DNA from: an uncultured Poribacteria bacterium
GTDB taxonomy: Bacteria; Poribacteria; WGA-4E; WGA-3G
Assembly: GCA_951813565.1 (NCBI GenBank)
Contig: OX638351.1
Span: 3,680,001 to 3,744,000 of the forward strand
DNA: 64,000 nt
Direction of reading: 5' to 3'
Positions 31,701-41,297 of this stretch are shown here, one piece after another; positions within the stretch are counted from its first letter, which is position 1; the number at the start of each line of letters is the position of its first letter. The notes under the pieces are model-generated. The model saw only the letters and a list, made by a program, of their open reading frames with translations, was not told the DNA's origin and did no database searches. The position numbers were made by a program, and so were the translations under genes.

Positions 31701-32470
31701 CCAGTACATTCAATCCAATTGTCGCTGATATTGATAACGATAATAACAATGAATTGCTGTTTAATACTGAAGGCGCGTTGAGCATTTTTAAGAATTCTCA
31801 CGGTAATGTCTCACAAAGTGAAAGCGGCGAAGTTTCAAGTCAATCTGATCCAGTATCTGTCATTCCGACTGCACCGCCGCAAATGACTTCAGCTGTCTAT
31901 TCTCCACCACATCAACTCCTATTAACGTTTAACAAACCGATGCATATTACTGTAGCAAGCCCTTCGCGTTACCAGCTGCACAGACAAAAAAAGCAGGACG
32001 GCAGCGGAACAGAAGTTAGTAACACGGATAAATATGTGCCGCAATCTGCTATTTTTGATAGATCACGCAAAAGGGTCGTGTTAACGTTTTCTACTAATGT
32101 ATTCAATGCAGATAACTATTATGAGATTGAAACGTTTCAACTTTCCGACATATATGGAACTGAGATTCCTAAAGACAAAGGAACGTTGGCGGTAGAATTT
32201 CCTATACAATCTCACGTAGAAATGATTGTTTATCCAAATCCTGCACGAAATAATCAAGTTACGTTTGATAGATTACCTGCAGGTAGCAGTGTTTACATTT
32301 ACGATGTGTCGGGGAACCGTATCGCATCCCTTATTCCAACTGAAGATGACATAGCAGGGAATAGGTGCAGAAAAGTCTGGTCGTTAGATGGAGTCAGCAG
32401 TGGTGTGTATATTTATGTATTAGAAACTGAAACGGGGCAGCAGGTTGGTAAACTTTCTGTTATTCGATAA
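28730..32470 (+). CDS. Secreted S8 (subtilisin-like) protease with FG-GAP-type repeats and a C-terminal YPNP sorting-like domain
   Basis: Signal peptide; VAVVDSG / HGTHVSG / SGTSMA triad; repeated D.DGDG..E; VYPNP...IYDVSG...SSGVYIY tail. Confidence 0.9.
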   Translation: MRNYSIYFYFIILLICLLSSITTKASEQIIGSSQTDSDSHNLYEITHTPRELVVRLHSTTSFVQFRAFSKKLGAASVSPVFPPTTPAGRHPLLNRIYLVRFPTISQLEQLKQKYAEHALVEDVEMNRLNRFCAETIPNDPRYNEQWNLKAMNLPKAWRIEQGKPNVVVAVVDSGIKKEHPEFRNQLWRNHGEIADNGIDDDGNGYIDDINGWDFSDAPTLPGHGDWKERDNEPDDETGHGTHVSGIIAAETNNGLGIAGIAWQCRLMPLRAGFRIGAGAFLQNDDVAAAIVYAADNGADVINLSLGDTVNAFLIQDAVDYAYNRGCILVGAAGNSPEPGAYYPAALNTVLSVASLDRNLQLGNSNFGASIDIAAPGEEILSTDLNTGQSSPGYGYNYRSGTSMAAAHISGVVALLVSANPSCSHTEIQQWLTGTARELSITHLVGAGLVDAYAALTEHIGLTAHITITPPSQTEVSGNNSTIEIFGSAGGSGFTQYWLEYGVTETPDLWFRIGFPQTEPKYNTVLHEWDTSALEEGTYTLRLSVKAKDGKSIRDKIVVEIYHTLPRISKHEAGIWLSGNYYDTTIIWQTDVLTAGAVEIFSKTENHTIISNNSPLRVARSDSVNLQHIVYLSELGLPSGEYMYRLKTQNQTGVIRIDDNERQLYPITVRDEQIQPSHLLQTTSAQFGLHGIVTSKDINGNGKLELIAVETGTSSTHVFETDQNGNPVMIFLLNQPVSRLWATADTDGDGLIELLANESEDTFLLEQSAPGQFPNVRIWDAEGIWGGTIADLDLDGKPEIFSRHDATDSIWVYESDANNSHNNIAILENPTQGKNKIPTRFATGDFDADGQREILAGDNDGSLFIYENVGNNQYQQTWIGTLPDVIPHLFAAGDLDGDDIPEFVVGAKVWTTEFDLPRQHWLFTIFTSNGNDSYDIVWHQRIRELQDGESGITIADANNDGRNELCIAVSPNFYLVQYDGITFRPIWHHPATSTFNPIVADIDNDNNNELLFNTEGALSIFKNSHGNVSQSESGEVSSQSDPVSVIPTAPPQMTSAVYSPPHQLLLTFNKPMHITVASPSRYQLHRQKKQDGSGTEVSNTDKYVPQSAIFDRSRKRVVLTFSTNVFNADNYYEIETFQLSDIYGTEIPKDKGTLAVEFPIQSHVEMIVYPNPARNNQVTFDRLPAGSSVYIYDVSGNRIASLIPTEDDIAGNRCRKVWSLDGVSSGVYIYVLETETGQQVGKLSVIR

Positions 32471-32548
32471 ATTTATAGTAAGTCTATATTTTACCAACCG
32501 TAGGCGCGATTTTAAATCACGCCTACAAGAGAGTGTTTTTATATTTTA

Positions 32549-33058
32549 ACGTGAACTTGATAATTAGAATGAATATAAATGTCCGTTGGGTAGAGCGAAG
32601 CGAAACCCATAAATCAACACTATGAATGCCTGAATCAACGCCAAATGCGCCTGTGGCATTTGGCGCATGCTGCGTTGATTTGGATTTTCTGCTTGAATCT
32701 CGTTCAATCGGGCGGACAAGGTCTCCCTCCCACAATGTCTGAGTATTCTATCGGGCTTAGAAAGCCCTCCCACAATGTCTGAGTATTCTATCGGGCTTAG
32801 AAAGCCCTCCCACAAGAAAAAATCCAGCATTTTTTTCTTAAGTTTACACCTATGGGTAGAGCGAAGCGAAACCCAACAATTCAACCGTCTTGAGAGTCCT
32901 AAAGAGTTGGGTTTCACTTATTTTTTCGGAAATATCGTCCTCAATAGCTCAACAACCTCTCTTTACGGTCTGTTTTTATTGTCCATTTCCGTTCTACCCC
33001 ACCGAATGCCATAGGCGCATTCGGTGTTGATTCCCTACGGGATTTATCAAACTCACGT
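32549..33058. mobile_element. TA-flanked MITE shell (ACGTGA-type termini) containing nested elements
   Basis: TA|acgtgaacttgataa...ttatcaaactcacgt|TA. Confidence 0.7.
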
Positions 33059-33135
33059 TATTTTAAATTCTATTACGTTGCAAATCAAAGAATATCTTGA
33101 GAAGGGCAACCAAACTGAAACACAATCAGTCCGAA

Positions 33136-35019
33136 TTACTTTTTTATCCCGCGTAGATTTAGAAATGAGGAACTGAAACGAGGAATTTTCTGAGAATCTG
33201 TCTCGTAAATATGAGATAAGACACCTAATATTCCTGGTCGTGATTTCCTTGTATGGCGCATCTTTTTTACAAGTGCGTTTTGAATAACTTTAGCACCTAT
33301 ATCCGGATGCTTAGATTGTTGGACGATCTCTGCCAAGTGATAGTGAGCCGGAACATAATCGCTTTGGAGTCGGATAGCTTGTTCTAAAACGTTTGTTGCC
33401 TTATTCAATCGACCACTCTTACCGATAACCCACCCCAACGTATCGTGATAAGAAGGAACATCCGAATTAAGCCTAACTGCGGCGTATGCAAGTGCTTCAG
33501 TAAGCAGATGTTTCTGCTGATACCCATCTGAATAGAGTTGCGCAAGATTGTTGTAGGCTTCTGCTTCGTTAGGGGCAATTTCTATGGCGGTTTCATACGC
33601 AAGCCGTGCTTTGTGAAGATGCCCAAGACGTTTGTACGCTGTACCGAGAATGTTATAGGTCTTATAATCGGATGAAACTTTCTTTTCGTGCGCCGCTCCG
33701 TTAGATGGATACGATGCTTCAGCAACAAATGGCTGATACACTTGAGTTCCCCGAGTCTGCAGATAGAATTCGTATGCCTCCACTGCAAGGGCGTATTGGT
33801 TTTCCTGAAAATGTGCAAATCCCAGATTCTTATATAAGACAGGATCCATTGAATCAATTCCTCGGATAAGTTCAAACATTTCAATTGCACTGCGGTAGTC
33901 CGATTGTTGTATGAAGAAACTTCCGGCATCTAAATAGTGTTGAGGATTTTCCACAAAAGCAATTTCTGTACTGGGAAGATACGGTGGGCGAGGACGCCGT
34001 TGCATTTGCGAATACACCAGGGCGACTGTTGCAGCAGCGAGCAAACAAAATAAGACAAGATAGAGCCGCGTGCGTGAGACCAATTGCTTTGAGAGATACG
34101 CATTAGGTCGCAACATAATAGCGAAAACGCTCGGATTAAATTTTTGATCCTCTTGTTCATAAATGACAACAGAAGTATTTGGGACCAGGACCGGTAGTGC
34201 AGGTGTAGAACTATGCTTATGAAGCGTTTTTACTTTTGGTGGTGAATCTTTGGGGGGATCAGTATCCTCTTTTATCTCGGTTGCGTAAGTTTCTGAAGAC
34301 GCTGCGGAGTCAGAGGGTTCTTCGGGTGTTGTTTCATCAGTTTTTGGTGTTTGTTCTATTACTAAATCAATTATCGGTGTTTCAATTTCCTCATCCGGAG
34401 GGATATTTTCTCCAGCATGAGGCAAGGGTTCGGCGGTATCTTCAATAATTAATTCATCAGAACTCGGTGACAACTCGTCGGAATAGTCTTCGCTTTCAAC
34501 TACGTTTTGGCTGGTAGTTGTTTGGTCCGACGTTGGTTGTTCTAATTCAAAATCGTATGAGTCGCTAAGATCCTGCGTATCTGGAGGATCGCTAATTTCC
34601 GCTGTCGTTTCTGCGGTGTCTGTTTCTGGATGTCTGGCGACGATTAGGTCTACGCTTTTCTGAACTTCCCTACGAGTTAAAGGTGAAACTTCTGTTCTTA
34701 AAAGAGATTCAAGTGTTGGCAGCGCATCTGCAGTACCTATGCTTCCAAGTGCTTCAATGAGAGTCCAGCGAGTTAAATCGCTATCTTCTTTTTTTAAGGC
34801 ATCTACAAGCGCGGATGTTGCCTCTGAGAAATTGCATTTCTGCAGTGCATTCGCTGCTTCGCGCCGCACACCAGAAGCAACATCGGACAACGCTTTCAGG
34901 AGAAAAGGCAGAACTGTGGTGCCGCCTATTTCTGCAATTTCTAAAACCGCTGCTCTACGAGTCGCTATTGGCTGCGAGGTATCTGTTATATTCTGTGTGA
35001 GTTTTTCAAATGATGCCAT
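33136..35019 (-). CDS. HEAT-repeat, acidic linker, single TM, TPR-repeat protein
   Basis: VRREAA.AL and R...IEALG.IG HEAT repeats; hydrophobic LYLVLFCLLAAATVALVY; YNNLA/LG.AY TPRs. Confidence 0.85.
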   Translation of the reverse strand: MASFEKLTQNITDTSQPIATRRAAVLEIAEIGGTTVLPFLLKALSDVASGVRREAANALQKCNFSEATSALVDALKKEDSDLTRWTLIEALGSIGTADALPTLESLLRTEVSPLTRREVQKSVDLIVARHPETDTAETTAEISDPPDTQDLSDSYDFELEQPTSDQTTTSQNVVESEDYSDELSPSSDELIIEDTAEPLPHAGENIPPDEEIETPIIDLVIEQTPKTDETTPEEPSDSAASSETYATEIKEDTDPPKDSPPKVKTLHKHSSTPALPVLVPNTSVVIYEQEDQKFNPSVFAIMLRPNAYLSKQLVSRTRLYLVLFCLLAAATVALVYSQMQRRPRPPYLPSTEIAFVENPQHYLDAGSFFIQQSDYRSAIEMFELIRGIDSMDPVLYKNLGFAHFQENQYALAVEAYEFYLQTRGTQVYQPFVAEASYPSNGAAHEKKVSSDYKTYNILGTAYKRLGHLHKARLAYETAIEIAPNEAEAYNNLAQLYSDGYQQKHLLTEALAYAAVRLNSDVPSYHDTLGWVIGKSGRLNKATNVLEQAIRLQSDYVPAHYHLAEIVQQSKHPDIGAKVIQNALVKKMRHTRKSRPGILGVLSHIYETDSQKIPRFSSSFLNLRGIKK

Positions 35020-35519
35020 AATTTATTTACAGGTACATCTTGTGCGTCCATTTACAGCATTGCAAATGGAACTGATACGATTCTCACATAATTTACTCTA
35101 ATATCTCTATTAGGTCGCACTGTGCTGAATCTGTATAAATGTTATTCCTAATAAAACGATTTCTTACGCAAAAAGATACACCTTTTGCCAATATCATCTC
35201 TTTACCCTTTATGTAGGTTGGGTTTCGCTTCGCTCTACCCATAACTGTCAACTTAGGGAAATATTTCTTGTGGGAGTGAGTCAACACCAATGCGCTTTTT
35301 GGCATTTGTCGGGCTTACCATAACTGTCAATTTAAGGTATTGAATCCGTTTTTAACGGTTGTTATAGCCTCGTAGAGGCGGTATGTTTATAGAAAAGGCG
35401 TTGTCCTGTGTTCTTGAACCTCGTAGAGGCGGTATGTGTATAACTTATATGTCGCTCCTACGGAGCTCAATCAGAAATATAGAAAACTAAAAACCCTGTC
35501 TCTCTTGACTATAATTGAC

Positions 35520-35548
35520 TTGACATTTCCAAAAAATATCTATATCAT
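35520..35548 (+). promoter_or_regulatory. sigma70-type promoter for the peptide-binding protein gene
   Basis: TTGACA-17-TATCAT. Confidence 0.55.
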
Positions 35549-35580
35549 GAAACATATCTTTTAGGTCATTGGAGAGATTT

Positions 35581-37239
35581 ATGACACAAAAACTTTTTGA
35601 ATGTTTTTTTAATCAAGGGGTCAGAAAAAATCACAATATTTCTTGTCTGTTGTTAAGATTATCCCTAATAATTTTTCTGTTATCAACCCTTGCGCTATCG
35701 ACGGTTTTCTTATCTTTGCCAGCAGAAGCCGACTCTCACGCAAAGGGAGGCACATTTATTTTTGGTCGTGGTGGCGACTCTGTTGGATTAGACCCAGCCC
35801 TTGAGGAAGATGGAGAATCTTTCAAAGTCTGCGATAACATCTACGATACACTTGTTCAATATAAAGATGGAAGCACTGAAATTGAACCCGGTCTCGCTAC
35901 GAGTTGGAAAAGTTCAGAGGACGGTTTGACATGGACATTTCACCTGCGTAAAGGCGTAACTTTCCATGACGGAACTCCTTTTAACGCTGAAGCAGTTCTT
36001 TTTTCGCTTAACCGACAACATGATAAAACACACGCCTTTCATGATGTTGGTGGAAGTTATGTTTACTGGATTGCTACAGGGTTAGCAGAGATTGTAGATA
36101 AAATTATTGCTGTTGACGAGTTTACAGTCCAAATCCACCTTAAAACTGCTTATGCACCTTTTATTTATACCATTGCGATAACTTCCTTTTCCATTGTCAG
36201 TCCAACAGCAGTTAAAGAATTAGGCGATGAATATTCTAACAATCCAGTTGGCACGGGTCCCTTCAAGTTTGTTCAGTGGGATAGGGGCGATAAAATAGTG
36301 CTTGCAGCAAACGATAATTATTGGGGTGGACGACCAAAGTTAGATAGAGTGATTTTCCGTTCTATTCCCGATAACGCTGTAAGACTCATTGAACTACAGC
36401 GAGGGGGTCTCCATGCGATGGAGTTCCCAAATCCAGATGATTTGCAACAAATTCAAGATGATGAAACGCTTGAGCTGCTATCTCAACCGGGGACGAATAT
36501 CGGTTATTTAGCAATGAACCTGGACAAACCACCTTTGGATAACCTTAAGGTGAGACTTGCAATTAACCATGCCATTAACAAATCCGAGATAATCAAGCAT
36601 CTTTATCAAGGACTCGGCATACCAGCGAAGAATCCGATCCCACCGACAATGTGGAGTTATGACGATACAATTGAGGATTTCAACTATAATCCGAAATTGG
36701 CAAAACAACTTCTCGCCGAAGCAGGATATCCGAATGGCTTTGAAACGACACTCTGGGCATTACCTGTTCCACGTCCCTATATTCCTGACGGACGCGCACT
36801 TGCAGAAGTTCTTCAGTCTGAACTTCGAAATGTTGGTATTGAGACGAAAATCGTAACTTATGACTGGGGCACATATCTTGAGAAAACCAAAAATGGCGAG
36901 CACGATATGGCAATGCTCGGCTGGAGTGCCGACCTCGGTGACCCAGATAACTTTTTCTATTTTCTCTTGAGTAAATCTTCAGCGGAAAAACCCGCAGGAA
37001 ATATCGCTTTTTATCGTAGTGATGCGATGCAAAATGTTTTGGAACAGGCAAGAGCAACCTCAGATAAAGAGAAGCGAATATCACTATATCAACAAGCACA
37101 GCAGATATTTCACAAAGATGTGCCGTGGGTACCGTTAGCACACGTAAAACAGATTTTAGTCGTAAATAAAAAGGTAAAGAATCTTACACTTCATCCATTA
37201 AATTGGAAATATTTCCGAAATGTTTCACTTGAAAGGTAA
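35581..37239 (+). CDS. DppA-like ABC transporter peptide-binding protein (SBP family 5)
   Basis: LDPA, LA.SW..S.DG..WTF.LR.GV.FHDG, PVGTGPFKF, PRPY.P. Confidence 0.92.
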   Translation: MTQKLFECFFNQGVRKNHNISCLLLRLSLIIFLLSTLALSTVFLSLPAEADSHAKGGTFIFGRGGDSVGLDPALEEDGESFKVCDNIYDTLVQYKDGSTEIEPGLATSWKSSEDGLTWTFHLRKGVTFHDGTPFNAEAVLFSLNRQHDKTHAFHDVGGSYVYWIATGLAEIVDKIIAVDEFTVQIHLKTAYAPFIYTIAITSFSIVSPTAVKELGDEYSNNPVGTGPFKFVQWDRGDKIVLAANDNYWGGRPKLDRVIFRSIPDNAVRLIELQRGGLHAMEFPNPDDLQQIQDDETLELLSQPGTNIGYLAMNLDKPPLDNLKVRLAINHAINKSEIIKHLYQGLGIPAKNPIPPTMWSYDDTIEDFNYNPKLAKQLLAEAGYPNGFETTLWALPVPRPYIPDGRALAEVLQSELRNVGIETKIVTYDWGTYLEKTKNGEHDMAMLGWSADLGDPDNFFYFLLSKSSAEKPAGNIAFYRSDAMQNVLEQARATSDKEKRISLYQQAQQIFHKDVPWVPLAHVKQILVVNKKVKNLTLHPLNWKYFRNVSLER

Positions 37240-37242
37240 AGT

Positions 37243-38952
37243 ATAAAGAAAATAACTTTTGTTGTAATAATACTCGCTTTTTCATTTCTGTTATTAACAG
37301 GAATGAATGCACAAAACGGAACCGTCCCAGGTGATGTTAACGGGGATGGTGTCGTGAACATCCTTGATTTGACCTACGTCGCCTCACATTTCGGTGAAAG
37401 TTTTGACCCAACACAAACACCGAACCCTGATGTCAACGGTGACAGCATTGTCAATATCTTAGACTTAGAGCGTATTTCATAAATCTTATGTAGGGCGAGG
37501 TCCCTGTGCCTCGCCATCTCTCAAAAGTGCAAACAACGGGCGGGCACAGGGACCCGCCCCTACAATAGAAGTGCGTGTTAGAAAAAACAGGGCGAAATCT
37601 AACAAAATTATATTTATGAGATACGCTCTAGTTATTGTTGCCAGTATGATAGGTAAAAGCGAACCCGAAATAAGCGCCCTGATTTTTGGGCGGGGTGGTG
37701 ATTCTATTACGCTTGACCCATCACAGATGCTTGACGGGGAATCAGCGAAAGTTTGTGATATGGTCTACGATACACTTGTCCAATATAGGGATAATACAAC
37801 CGATATTGAACCCGCATTAGCGGAAATGTGGGAAAGTTCTGCAGATGGTTTAACGTGGACTTTTCGCTTACGACAAGGAGTCGAATTCCACGATGGCACT
37901 CCGTTAAACGCTAACGCAGTCGTCTTTTCATTGACTCGCCCAAATGCACTGTCCGGTAGTTTTTACGAAGAATTTATAGATCGGATTACGCCGTTAGATG
38001 ATTTGATTGTTCAGATTTCTCTCAAAACACCTTTTGGGCAGGGAAACCAGCGATCAACAGACTTATCTTCCGATCTATTCCTGATAATGCTGACAGACTT
38101 ATGGAACTCCAGCAAGGTAATATCCATGTTATGGAATTTCCGAACCCTGATGAATTGGCAATGATTCGCGGTGACGCAAGGCTTGAACTCTTAATGTAAC
38201 CGAGTCTGAATGTTGGCTATTTGGCGATGAACATGGAAAAACCACCGTTTGATAATCTAAAGGTACGACTCGCGATTAACCATGCAATCAACAAAGCCGA
38301 GATTATTGAAAGCCTATATCAGGGCACAGGTGTCCCCGCGAAAAATCCAATTCCACCGACATTATGGAGTTATGATGATTCAATTGAAGATTATGCCTAC
38401 GATCCGGAACTCGCGAAACAACTGCTCGCTGAAGCTGGTTATCCCAATGGATTTGAGACGACACTCTGGGCACTCCCTGTGCCACGTCCCTACATCCCGA
38501 ACGGACAGGCACTTGCAGAGGCACTGCAATCTGACCTCCGAAACATCGGCATTGAGGCAAATATCGTAACTTACGACTGGAACACCTATATTGAAAAGAC
38601 CAAATACGGTGAACACGATATGGCAATGCTTGGCTGGAGTGCTGGTGGTGATCCTGATAGTTTTCTCTACTATCTTTTGAGTAAAACGACAGCGCAGAAA
38701 CCGGCACTCAATATAGCCTTCTATCAAAGCGATGAGATGCAGGATGTGTTGGACCGCGCAAGGATGAGCACAGATAGAAGTGAACGCATTGAACTTTATC
38801 AACAAGCACAAGCAATTTTCCATAGAGATGTACCGTGGGTGCCGCTGGCACATGCACAACGACTTTTGGTCATTGATAGAAGTGTTAAGAATATCAAACT
38901 TGCGCCTGTCGGATGTAAATATCTCCGTCGTGTATCGCTTGAATCGGAATAA
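37243..38952 (+). pseudogene. Pseudogene of a signal peptide-dockerin-DppA fusion
   Basis: ATA in place of a start; two DVNGD..VNILDL repeats; MITE at 37468-37628; deletion/frameshift near 38035; TAA at 38197. Confidence 0.88.
37468..37628. mobile_element. 161-bp TA-duplicating MITE carrying an inverted REP pair
   Basis: TA|gagcgtatttcataaat...atttatgagatacgctc|TA (16/17 IR); removal restores NILDL-VIVASMIG. Confidence 0.92.
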
Positions 38953-39287
38953 GAATTTTCCAAAGTATCCTAACAAGATTACTATAGTTTGGACAATTCT
39001 TGTCTCGTGAAAGTTGAGTTTTCAATGGAAGTCTATTTTCTACGAGTTTTGCATATCGGTGGAACATCATGAAAAATGCCGCACTCCAGCGAAGTGCTAT
39101 GCGTCGGAAATCACGGACCGCTCCGCTGGAGCGGATATGTCCGTTCATAATGTGGCTATAAACATATTGCTCCGCTGGAGCAAAGAGGTTCTGTTTTGTT
39201 CGTTGTGTCTTGATTTGGTGAAAAAATTAGTGAACTAATTCCTTATATCAACTCACGTTTAAAAAATTGTCCAAAGTTTAGTAACAA

Positions 39288-39510
39288 CCTACATTCCGCA
39301 CTTCGAATTTCCGATTTTCGATATTTATTTCTCAAACCTGCGTGGCACCTACATCGAGCAAGCAAGTTCAGGTGAATTAGAGAAAAAGAAAAGTGACAAG
39401 TGGAATCTTAATTCACGGCACCAAATCTCTATTATCCGTTACGGATCCTTTCGTGACACGGGTTTGTCCTATAAATATTAAATTCTGATTAAACAACTGC
39501 GGAATGTGGG
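39288..39510 (-). mobile_element. Non-autonomous IS1634-derived MITE with 6-bp duplication TAACAA
   Basis: cctacattccgca...tgcggaatgtggg; the right ~40 bp match the left end of the IS at 46333. Confidence 0.88.
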
Positions 39511-39534
39511 TAACAAAATTAATAGGAATAATAA

Positions 39535-40560
39535 ATGTCAGAACCCGAATTTCGCGTAGGTATAACGCGCGACTTCCTCAAACCTGACGGAAGTTCAGAT
39601 TTAGATAACATTGCCGGTCCACTATTTGAAAAAGCAGGTTTGGACTGGGAATATATTGCAGAAAATACACCCGCATTATCCGCTGCACAGGTGAAAGATT
39701 ACGACGCGCTCTTGGTGTTGGGCGCGGGCATCACAGCAGAAACGTTTACCGATGTTGACAAATTGGCAATCATAGCAAGGTTTGGAGTCGGATACGATAA
39801 GGTAGATGTGCAAGCCTGCACCGAAAACGGAGTTTTATTGACAATCGCACCGGATGGCGTACGCAGACCGGTTGCCACTTCTATCCTCACTTTTGTTCTG
39901 TCCCTAAGCCATCAGTTGTTGATAAAAGACCGACTTACCCGAACCGGCAGATGGACAGATACCAAAGACTATATGGGCATGGGTTTAGTCGGTAGAACAC
40001 TCGGTCTTGTCGGAATGGGCAATATCGGAAAAGAGACATTTAAACTGGCAAAACCTTTCGGCATGCGCCATATCACTTTTGATCCCTACGTCACACCGTC
40101 TGACGCTGCTGAAGTCGGGGCAGAAATAGTAGACTTGGATACCTTGATGCAAACTGCTGATTTTGTCTGTGTCTGCTGCCCGTTAACTGAAGAAACGCGG
40201 CGACTTGTTGATGCCAGATGTATCGGGTTGATGAAACCGACCGCTTACCTAATAAACACCGCACGCGGTCCGATTGTTGACCAGAAAGCACTCACTGATG
40301 CACTTCAAAACGGACGCATACAAGGCGCAGGCCTTGATGTCTTTGAGCAGGAGCCGATCAGCGATGATGATCCACTCTTAAGTCTGGATAACGTAATCGT
40401 TACCCCACACAGTATCTGTTGGACAGATGAGTGTTTTGATGGTAACGGTAAGAGCGCGTGTGAAAGTATTATCACCGTTGCTTCTGGGCAAATGCCAACG
40501 TGGATTGTGAACCGAGATGTTATAGATAGTCCAAAACTGCAGAAAAAGTTGGCACGATGA
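39535..40560 (+). CDS. D-isomer-specific 2-hydroxyacid dehydrogenase
   Basis: RFGVGYD, GLVGMGNIG, INTARG, LDVFEQEP, TPH. Confidence 0.93.
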   Translation: MSEPEFRVGITRDFLKPDGSSDLDNIAGPLFEKAGLDWEYIAENTPALSAAQVKDYDALLVLGAGITAETFTDVDKLAIIARFGVGYDKVDVQACTENGVLLTIAPDGVRRPVATSILTFVLSLSHQLLIKDRLTRTGRWTDTKDYMGMGLVGRTLGLVGMGNIGKETFKLAKPFGMRHITFDPYVTPSDAAEVGAEIVDLDTLMQTADFVCVCCPLTEETRRLVDARCIGLMKPTAYLINTARGPIVDQKALTDALQNGRIQGAGLDVFEQEPISDDDPLLSLDNVIVTPHSICWTDECFDGNGKSACESIITVASGQMPTWIVNRDVIDSPKLQKKLAR

Positions 40561-41297
40561 GTTTTGTGTTAAGAACACAGTAGGATTTACATGTGTCTTA
40601 ATAAGGGTGATTTAGGGTAATCTATAGCATACAAGATACAGTAAGTTGACCTACACGCACAGTAGTACTTCCCACCCACAACAATATCTACTCTCTCAAA
40701 GGTTGATGCTGCTTCGGTAATATGTTTTTCCCAACTTGCAGAATTATGCAACCTTTTCCTCGCCATTCGCGTCACTATAGTGAACTTTGAAAATAAAGAG
40801 ACATATTTTCTGTAGGAGCGATCTCCGAATCGCGACGAATCTCACTGATAGTCGGGAATCGGAGTTCCCTCCCGCCAAATGCCAAACGCGCATTTGGCGT
40901 TGATTCACATCTCAAAATGTCTCGTTAATTCTAAAGCTTATACCATTTCTAAATTATAACTTCCCATTTACAAAAAACGCGTTTAATGTGAATGTCGGAC
41001 GCACATTCACCAAGCGCAATTCATTGCGCCTCTTATCAGGGTTATTTAGTTTTCTATATTACTGACGCATTTTATCACATGTGTTAATGCTTTATAATAG
41101 TATCGTCCGTTGGGTAGAGCAACAGCGAAACCCATAACTGTCAACTTAAGAAAAAATGCTGGATTTTCTCTTGTGGGAGGGGTTCGTGACAATTGAATGC
41201 CTCTGCCCTTAATAGTTACTACATTTGACTACTTTCCCCAAATATGGTATTATTTAAAAAATGAAAACTTGTTGTGCGTATTTCCGCACCTGTAAAG

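Noticed and set aside
37571..38164. Separate 197-aa and 243-aa ABC binding-protein genes
   Set aside because: Fragments of one pseudogene; the 37571 start lies inside the MITE
40587..40775. 62-aa minus-strand ORF
   Set aside because: No RBS or recognisable motif, and it begins at a MITE boundary; cannot be supported
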